A stretch of DNA of 64,000 nt from Firmicutes bacterium UBA5449 (GTDB lineage Bacteria > Bacillota > SHA-98 > UBA4971), in NCBI GenBank assembly GCA_002424305.1, contig DIQZ01000035.1:226335-290334 (forward strand), in the 5' to 3' direction. Position 1 is the stretch's first letter. Each line of letters starts with the position of its first letter. The position numbers were made by a program, and so were the translations under genes. Shown one piece after another: positions 57,389 to 64,000 of this stretch. Under the pieces are notes generated by a model. The model was not told where the DNA came from. It saw only the letters and a list, made by a program, of their open reading frames with translations, and ran no database searches.

Positions 57389-60300
57389 TTAATCCGGAAT
57401 TTCCATAACATTCGTATGTATAGAGCTTGCTATTATACCGGGAATTTTGCCCCTTAAATCAACACGGCCTTCAACTATTATCATAGGTGCAGTAAACATT
57501 GCCCCAATACATTGTTTATATATACTCTCAAACACAGTAACATCAATAAGTCCGGTTTCATCTTCAAGGGCAAAGAACACAACAACCTTACCGCTTTTTG
57601 TCGGGGGTCGGTGTGGCCTTATTACAAGGCCTGCTACCTTCACATATGTTCCAATTGGCATCTCTCGGGCCATAGATGTAGTAATTATGTTATTCTTATT
57701 CAATTGGACGCGTTCTAATTCCATCGGATGCATGTTAGGGTGGAGTCCGAGCATATAAAACTCTCGCTTAAATTTCTCTCTGTCCGAAAAATCTTCTACA
57801 CGTGGCAGGATCATAGAGCCTCGTAATACTTTTGGAACCGCCCACAACATTGCCCTACGGTTACTATGGATATTGTCAAATGCCCCACAGAGTATTAAAT
57901 TCTCGAGAATATCTTGTGGCATAAATGCGCGCGAGACAAAGTCAAAAAGAGAATCATACTCGCAATCCCTACAAGACGTAATTATCTTCCGGGCAAGCTC
58001 CCTTTCCATACCACGAACTCTTTTCAACCCTATACGTATAGCCCCGTCTTCCACTGTAAATTCGTATGCGCTCCGATTTATGTCCACAGGAAGAATCTTG
58101 ACTCCACGCCTCCTTGCTTCAAGACATATAGTATTGGCAGGGTAAAACCCCATGGGTTGATTATTCAGTATGGCTGCATAAAACCGGGCAGGGAAATGCT
58201 TCAAAAGATAAGCCGTCTTATATGAAGTATCAGCAAATGCAGCAGCATGACCCTGACAAAAGCCGTATCCTGCGTACCCTACTATGTATGACAGAATAAT
58301 CTCTGCTACATCACGGGGAACTCCATTCTCAACAGCTTTCTTCACAAACTCCTCACCTATCTCGTCCATTTCCGCGCGGGATCGATGCCGAATCATCACT
58401 TTCCTGAGTCTGTCTGCTTCCCCGGGGGTAAAACCTGCAACTACACTTGCAATCTCTATTACCTGCTCCTGGTAAAGCACTACGCCATAAGTTTCTTTAA
58501 GGATCTTCTCCAACGAAGGATGCACATAAGTGACTTTTTCCAGTCCATGCCTTCTTGCGATAAAAGGTTCTACCATATTGCCTTGAATAGGACCGGGACG
58601 TATAAGAGCGATACTTGCAACTATATCCTCTATATCACTTGCGCCTAAGCGCCCCTGGAGAGCTCGCTGCGCAGGGCTCTCCAATTGAAAGACACCGATT
58701 GTCTCCCCTCTGTTAATCATGTTGTATGTGGCATCATCGTCTAACGGTATATTTTCAAGGTCCACTTCACCTAGAACCAGAGAGTCCTCTATTGCAGAGA
58801 GCATTCGTAAAGATAACAGATCCAGTTTAATAAGGCCGATTTCCTCTACATCATCCTTGTCAAACTGGATAATTACATCGCCGCCGGCTGATGTCTCAAG
58901 AGGAGATACTTCCACAAGAGGGACTCTGCTCACTACTAATCCACCTAAGTGGGTCCCTATGTGACGCGGCACACCTGCCAGAGCGCGGCATATTTCAAAA
59001 AGTCTGGAATACTTAGCAAAGGGAATATCCTTGTTGCAGAGCTCCGGATATTTTTCTATAGCCATTTCAATTTCATCAGCATGGACATGTGGCAGACGTT
59101 TTGCAAGCCTATCTATGTCAATCCGAGAAATACCCATGACTCGTCCTACATCCCGCACAGCTGAACGTGCTTTAAAAGTATTAAATGTACATACAGCAGC
59201 TACATGCTCTACACCATATTTATGCCGGACATATTCCTTTACCCTATCCCTTGCACGAGCATCGAAATCTATATCAATATCCGGTTTTTGTGCCCGTTCA
59301 AGGTTTAAGAACCTCTCGAAAATCAATCCCCGTGCAATAGGATCTACACAGGTTATGAAAAGACAGTAAGCCACTGCTGAATCTGCAGCAGAACCCCTCC
59401 CTGCAAATCTTATCCCTTCACGCTTCGCAAACATCACAATATCCCAAGCTACCAGGAAGTAGTCCTCATATCCAAGCGTGCAAATAATATGGATTTCATG
59501 TTCAAGCCTGGATTTTATCCTAGGAGTGATCTTTCGGTAACGAGACTTGGCACCTTTATATACAAGGTTCTTCAGATATTCGGCTGAAGTTGTACCGCAT
59601 GGCAAGGGAAACTGAGGGAAAAGCCTCCTACCCGGCAAAAGTCCGGATTCACAGCGAACAGCAATCTCCCCTGCCGTCATAATAGCCTCGGGACAAAAAC
59701 GGAATAAATGCTCCATCTCTTCAGTTGATTTCAAATAGTTTTCTGCATTTAATCTACGTTCAGGGTGCACGTCATCAAGCTTTGTAAGTGTCCTTATACA
59801 CGTTAGGACATCATGAATCATAAAGTTTTCTTTCTTCAAGTAATGGACATTATTTGTGGCACAAACGCCAACCCCGACCTTGTTCGCCAGTTCAACAAGG
59901 CGCGATAAGAGCCAAGCATTACCCGGTATGCGAAGGTTTTGAAGTTCGATATAAAACCTATCCATCCCAAAAATATGAGCATATTCTTGGGTAAGCTGAA
60001 GGGCACACCCAAATTTTCTGTCACGGATTAGCATAGGAATTGCGCCATGCATACATCCGGATAAAGCTATGATTCCCTCATTATGTTCTTTTAGGGATTC
60101 AAGACGGACTTTCGGTTGAAGCCTACGCCTTTTAAGTGTCTTCGGCGCCTTCGCTATATTCCTCCACTCTCTTGACATATACGCTTCTGTAAGGATCTGA
60201 GAAATATTTGAATATCCTTTAGGGTTTTCCGCCAGAAGCACAAGATGACTTCCATCCTCAAGTGTTACCTCTGCCCCATGGATGGGTTTTATCCCACATT

Positions 60301-60469
60301 CCTCAGCAACTTTTGTGAATCTTGCGGCTGCAGAAAGATTATTATGATCTGTAATAGCCATAGCACTCATACCAAGCGCTGCAGCGCTTCTGGAAAGCTC
60401 CTCAACACTTGATGCGCCGTCTTGAAAAGAAAAATATGAGTGAACATGAAGGTGGGCGAAGTTTTTCAC
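57389..60469 (-). CDS. dnaE2: Accessory (error-prone type) DNA polymerase III alpha subunit
   Basis: PHP (HLHVHS.FS..DG, TDH), GRGSAA, FERF, PDIDIDF, KLDLL, GVFQLES, OB fold with LEDETG; short C-terminus; lies in an SOS cassette. Confidence 0.88.
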   Translation of the reverse strand: MKNFAHLHVHSYFSFQDGASSVEELSRSAAALGMSAMAITDHNNLSAAARFTKVAEECGIKPIHGAEVTLEDGSHLVLLAENPKGYSNISQILTEAYMSREWRNIAKAPKTLKRRRLQPKVRLESLKEHNEGIIALSGCMHGAIPMLIRDRKFGCALQLTQEYAHIFGMDRFYIELQNLRIPGNAWLLSRLVELANKVGVGVCATNNVHYLKKENFMIHDVLTCIRTLTKLDDVHPERRLNAENYLKSTEEMEHLFRFCPEAIMTAGEIAVRCESGLLPGRRLFPQFPLPCGTTSAEYLKNLVYKGAKSRYRKITPRIKSRLEHEIHIICTLGYEDYFLVAWDIVMFAKREGIRFAGRGSAADSAVAYCLFITCVDPIARGLIFERFLNLERAQKPDIDIDFDARARDRVKEYVRHKYGVEHVAAVCTFNTFKARSAVRDVGRVMGISRIDIDRLAKRLPHVHADEIEMAIEKYPELCNKDIPFAKYSRLFEICRALAGVPRHIGTHLGGLVVSRVPLVEVSPLETSAGGDVIIQFDKDDVEEIGLIKLDLLSLRMLSAIEDSLVLGEVDLENIPLDDDATYNMINRGETIGVFQLESPAQRALQGRLGASDIEDIVASIALIRPGPIQGNMVEPFIARRHGLEKVTYVHPSLEKILKETYGVVLYQEQVIEIASVVAGFTPGEADRLRKVMIRHRSRAEMDEIGEEFVKKAVENGVPRDVAEIILSYIVGYAGYGFCQGHAAAFADTSYKTAYLLKHFPARFYAAILNNQPMGFYPANTICLEARRRGVKILPVDINRSAYEFTVEDGAIRIGLKRVRGMERELARKIITSCRDCEYDSLFDFVSRAFMPQDILENLILCGAFDNIHSNRRAMLWAVPKVLRGSMILPRVEDFSDREKFKREFYMLGLHPNMHPMELERVQLNKNNIITTSMAREMPIGTYVKVAGLVIRPHRPPTKSGKVVVFFALEDETGLIDVTVFESIYKQCIGAMFTAPMIIVEGRVDLRGKIPGIIASSIHTNVMEIPD

Positions 60470-60479
60470 AGTTATCCCT

Positions 60480-60722
60480 CTAATCAAAAACCCTTGTCAA
60501 ATACCAGATGCCGTGTTCATTAAGACAAAGCTCATACACGCCGAAATTATGCGCTAATACCACATAAAAATGAAGCTCACCCCTGTCATCCCACCAATTA
60601 TTGATCTCACACCACTTATCTATAACAGATACCACCTGAAGCCAATTCCCTCTCCAATAAAACCTCTTAGGACTATTACTGTTTTCTGCTATAACACGAA
60701 GTGATTTTTTGACCCTCCTCAC
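60480..60722 (-). CDS. Small Trp-rich protein (DUF6504-like)
   Basis: P.RF.WRG....V..V.D.W.E...WW...E...Y.V...GVYEL.....W.L....D; overlaps the imuB-like gene. Confidence 0.75.
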   Translation of the reverse strand: MRRVKKSLRVIAENSNSPKRFYWRGNWLQVVSVIDKWCEINNWWDDRGELHFYVVLAHNFGVYELCLNEHGIWYLTRVFD

Positions 60723-61977
60723 GAAAGTAACCCTCCAAAGCTAAGAGGAGCTTATCTCTTCTCGCCAATTGCAACTCTCTTCCGGAGAAAACAGTCCCGG
60801 AACCGAACCTCTCTTGAACTTCGCAGAGAACTTTATCCATAACCTTAGCTGAAGCTTGAACCTGATAAGGAGTGAACATATCTATCTGTAAATCTGTCTT
60901 TATAGGAACAAGCCCGTATGCTGTAACAGATATCGCACTTACAGGCTTATTTAAATCCCTGTCTCCAAAGGCTTCTTTTAAAAGGCGTTCACATATCCTA
61001 GGTAGGCCTCCATACATACTTACTCGTTTCGCAAGATGCTTTTTGCGACTAACTATGCTTCCGCAGCTGCATTCTAAAGCCATGTTAATTTCCCCGGCTG
61101 TCATATAGATTGCATCCAGCCTTTTCTCTAACAAAGATGCACCTTCATTTAGGACTGATAATAGGACTTGCCTATCTGAAATCAGCGAATCAAAGGTTTT
61201 CGAGAATTTTATATTATTCCGCGGAAAGACAGGCAATACGCTGGAATAGTCTATACCAAGACTATACTGATGAATGACGTGTCCTATCTGGCCGAACATA
61301 TCAATAAGGACTGATTTTTCCATGCTTTGAATTTCACCTATACACCCTACTCCAAGACGGCAGAGATAGGAAAGGACTTCTACATCCAGAGGCCATAGTA
61401 CGTTTACAGGAAGAGGCGCAAGAAACTCCTTTTCTTTATCTACAACAATATTTGCACCTATGTCTTTCCCACCGTGGGAGGGCATATGCCTCGGAAAGCT
61501 CTGAGCGCTCTTTATCTTAAATCCCGGAAGAATCCCGGATATAATACGGGCTACCAACTTACAGCGGGCAATTCCATATAAAGGTGAAATCCCTGCAATA
61601 CTTTTAACATGCTTAGAAATCTCGCCTAAGGTGTCAAACATGTGAGGATAATTGGGAAGTTCAATAAAAGCTTCATTTTGTTCCAAAGGTTCTACTGCCG
61701 GGCTGTATTCTGCGCATGCCTCCCAAACTTGTTTGGCAAAACCTGCATATCTCTGTAGCACATACTCTATTTCAACAAGATTAGGACACATAATGCGGGC
61801 TTGACGCGAATTCATCCCTTGCCTTACCCCTTTTCCCCTTGCTCCGGGGGATATATCTAAAACCTCCTGTCCTTTCATTACAGCAAAAGCTGCTTCATTA
61901 GAAAGACATTTATCTATTTTCATTTCAACTGCACAATAAAAATTAGGCAACCAAACATGACCCACCGTTTCAGGCAT
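60676..61977 (-). CDS. imuB: ImuB-like inactive Y-family polymerase
   Basis: Y-family scaffold with catalytic acids lost (HVWLPNFYCAVE; EPLEQNEAF), FLAPLPV..LW, clamp-like QIDMF, ERFG. Confidence 0.75.
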   Translation of the reverse strand: MPETVGHVWLPNFYCAVEMKIDKCLSNEAAFAVMKGQEVLDISPGARGKGVRQGMNSRQARIMCPNLVEIEYVLQRYAGFAKQVWEACAEYSPAVEPLEQNEAFIELPNYPHMFDTLGEISKHVKSIAGISPLYGIARCKLVARIISGILPGFKIKSAQSFPRHMPSHGGKDIGANIVVDKEKEFLAPLPVNVLWPLDVEVLSYLCRLGVGCIGEIQSMEKSVLIDMFGQIGHVIHQYSLGIDYSSVLPVFPRNNIKFSKTFDSLISDRQVLLSVLNEGASLLEKRLDAIYMTAGEINMALECSCGSIVSRKKHLAKRVSMYGGLPRICERLLKEAFGDRDLNKPVSAISVTAYGLVPIKTDLQIDMFTPYQVQASAKVMDKVLCEVQERFGSGTVFSGRELQLARRDKLLLALEGYFREEGQKITSCYSRKQ

Positions 61978-62003
61978 TTGAGCTCACCTTTTTAATGTTA
62001 AAT

Positions 62004-62017
62004 AGAACGTGTGTTCG
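62004..62017. promoter_or_regulatory. Gram-positive LexA (Cheo) box
   Basis: AGAAC-GTGT-GTTCG, just downstream of the -10 of the cassette promoter. Confidence 0.85.
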
Positions 62018-62024
62018 CAACATT

Positions 62025-62054
62025 ATTATATGTTCTTTCTGATTTTCCTGTCAA
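62025..62054 (-). promoter_or_regulatory. Sigma-A promoter of the imuB-dnaE2 cassette
   Basis: TTGACA-N18-TATAAT on the minus strand. Confidence 0.75.
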
Positions 62055-62154
62055 GACAGATAATGGCATAGGAGGATTTAATGGACTGAAAGTGAAATTT
62101 ATCGAGGGCGGAATCAAGCAGTCCAGCAGAATATAAATCAGGAGGCGTATATCA

Positions 62155-63237
62155 ATGGAAATCATCGAACAGATGAGAGAACATGATTACGAGCAAGTTG
62201 TATTCTGTAACCACAAAGCATCCGGACTTCGCGCCATAATTATAATTCACGATACCACACTGGGACCGGCAATCGGCGGCACACGCATGTGGCCATACAT
62301 AACAGAAGAAGAAGCAGTAATTGACGGATTACGCCTTGCCCGCGGCATGACTTACAAATGCGCAGCAGCAGGCCTAAATCTTGGAGGCGGAAAAGCTATA
62401 ATAATCGGCGATTCGCGGAAAGACAAATCTGAAGGGCTTTTTAGAGCATTCGGGAAGTTTGTGGATACATTAGGAGGCAGGTTCATCACAGGTGAAGATG
62501 TAGGCATCAGTCTTGAGGATGTAGATATTATAGGATGTGAAACCCGATGGATCGGAGGGTCATCTGAAAGCAGCGGTGACCCGGGACCTGTTACTGCCCA
62601 CGGAGTTTGGCACGGTTTAAAAGCATGCGCTAAATCAGCGTTTGGAGACGACTCTCTCAAAGGTCTCACCGTCGCAATCCAGGGAATGGGTAATGTCGGA
62701 TACCACCTGGCAAAACACCTCCACCGAGAAGGAGCAGAACTTATCGTAAGCGATATTTTTCCGGACAAAGCAAAAAGAGCGGAAAGAGAATTCCAAGCGA
62801 TAGCTGTAGAGCCGGAAGAAATCTACGGAGTTCCATGTGATATTTTTGCTCCATGTGCCCTCGGTGCCATAATCAATGATGATACTCTGTCACAACTCAA
62901 GTGCAAAGTAGTAGCGGGTTCAGCTAATAACCAATTGAAAGAAGATAAACACGGTGTAGCATTAGAGGATAGAGACATTCTTTACGCTCCGGACTTCATT
63001 ATTAACGCCGGCGGTGTCATCAATGTTGTTGACGGACTTTATGGATATAATCGCGAGCGCGCTATGAAAAAGGCATCAGAAATCTATGACACTATCTTAA
63101 AGGTATTTGAGATTTCAAAGCGAGATAAGATTCCCACCAACGATGCAGCGTTAAGACTTGCTGAAGAGCGAATAGAATTAGTGGCAAAGCTTTCGAGCAG
63201 ATTACGTTCAGGTCCCGGCAAGGGATTCATCATCTAG
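62155..63237 (+). CDS. Leucine dehydrogenase (Glu/Leu/Phe/Val dehydrogenase family)
   Basis: [48 protein letters not shown]. Confidence 0.92.
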   Translation: MEIIEQMREHDYEQVVFCNHKASGLRAIIIIHDTTLGPAIGGTRMWPYITEEEAVIDGLRLARGMTYKCAAAGLNLGGGKAIIIGDSRKDKSEGLFRAFGKFVDTLGGRFITGEDVGISLEDVDIIGCETRWIGGSSESSGDPGPVTAHGVWHGLKACAKSAFGDDSLKGLTVAIQGMGNVGYHLAKHLHREGAELIVSDIFPDKAKRAEREFQAIAVEPEEIYGVPCDIFAPCALGAIINDDTLSQLKCKVVAGSANNQLKEDKHGVALEDRDILYAPDFIINAGGVINVVDGLYGYNRERAMKKASEIYDTILKVFEISKRDKIPTNDAALRLAEERIELVAKLSSRLRSGPGKGFII

Positions 63238-63244
63238 AGATAAA

Positions 63245-63281
63245 GATAACGGGCGCTCCGTATTATGGAGCGCCCGTTATC
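63245..63281. terminator. Hairpin between convergent leucine dehydrogenase and rnpB
   Basis: 15-bp stem GATAACGGGCGCTCC/GGAGCGCCCGTTATC. Confidence 0.7.
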
Positions 63282-63293
63282 CAAATTGCAAGC

Positions 63294-63682
<389 letters not shown>

Positions 63683-63779
63683 GTTTGAATTTCTTAATAA
63701 TAGAATACCTAATATCTAGGATTCTATAATATCATTCTATCATTGATTGCTTTTCAGAGTCAAATTTCTGTCTAATCCG

Positions 63780-64000
63780 CTAGTCCTGCTTGTCCAATCC
63801 GGAATCGATACCCATATTAGCAAGCATATCAGCCCGAGCATTCTTCTCACGCCTAATATGCCCTATGGTAAACCCATCGAACTCATCCTTCAGCCTCTGT
63901 ACCTCCATGAAAAGAGGCCTCAGCTTAGGTGATTTGACCGCATATTCGCCTTTTAGCTGTTTAACTACAAGTTCGCTGTCAGCGTAAACACTAATCCTTC
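63780..64000 (-). CDS. 3' part of an RNase HI-family protein (runs off the window)
   Basis: Not in the ORF track. Manual translation RISVYADSELVVKQLKGEYAVK...HIRREKNARADMLAN...KQD*. Confidence 0.85.
   Translation of the reverse strand, partial: RISVYADSELVVKQLKGEYAVKSPKLRPLFMEVQRLKDEFDGFTIGHIRREKNARADMLANMGIDSGLDKQD

Overview
Chromosomal core region of an anaerobic, endospore-forming Bacillota (Clostridia-like, supported by a type A RNase P RNA and ylbJ, sleB, ypeB, spoIID-like and spo0A-like genes). In order: the ylbL-ylbJ-coaD-rsmD-DAK2-asp23-rpmB block (recG missing from its usual place, with a CsfG/ylbH-type sRNA); a T-box-controlled ileS-NUDIX-yfcE unit; an unexplained ~170-nt rod-like hairpin; a sigma54-driven trimeric [FeFe]-hydrogenase operon whose NuoF-like subunit is fused to a GltD/NfnB-like FAD/NADPH module, beside a ferredoxin-domain sigma54 activator; a heterodimeric ABC exporter; pdaD-speB; ktrB; tRNA-Arg(CCG); a divergent Spo0A-like regulator; sleB-ypeB; htrA; a cobalamin-riboswitch btuFCD-cobO operon; split feoAB; an NhaC-family transporter; a two-subunit fumarase; a Gld-like ABC system; a decayed serine-hydrolase gene; a peptide ABC operon with a circularly permuted binding protein; an AT-richer, LexA-boxed imuB-DUF6504-dnaE2 cassette; leucine dehydrogenase; rnpB; and part of an RNase HI gene. 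No CRISPR array, rRNA, transposase or integrase was seen. All calls come from reading motifs by eye; no searches were run.
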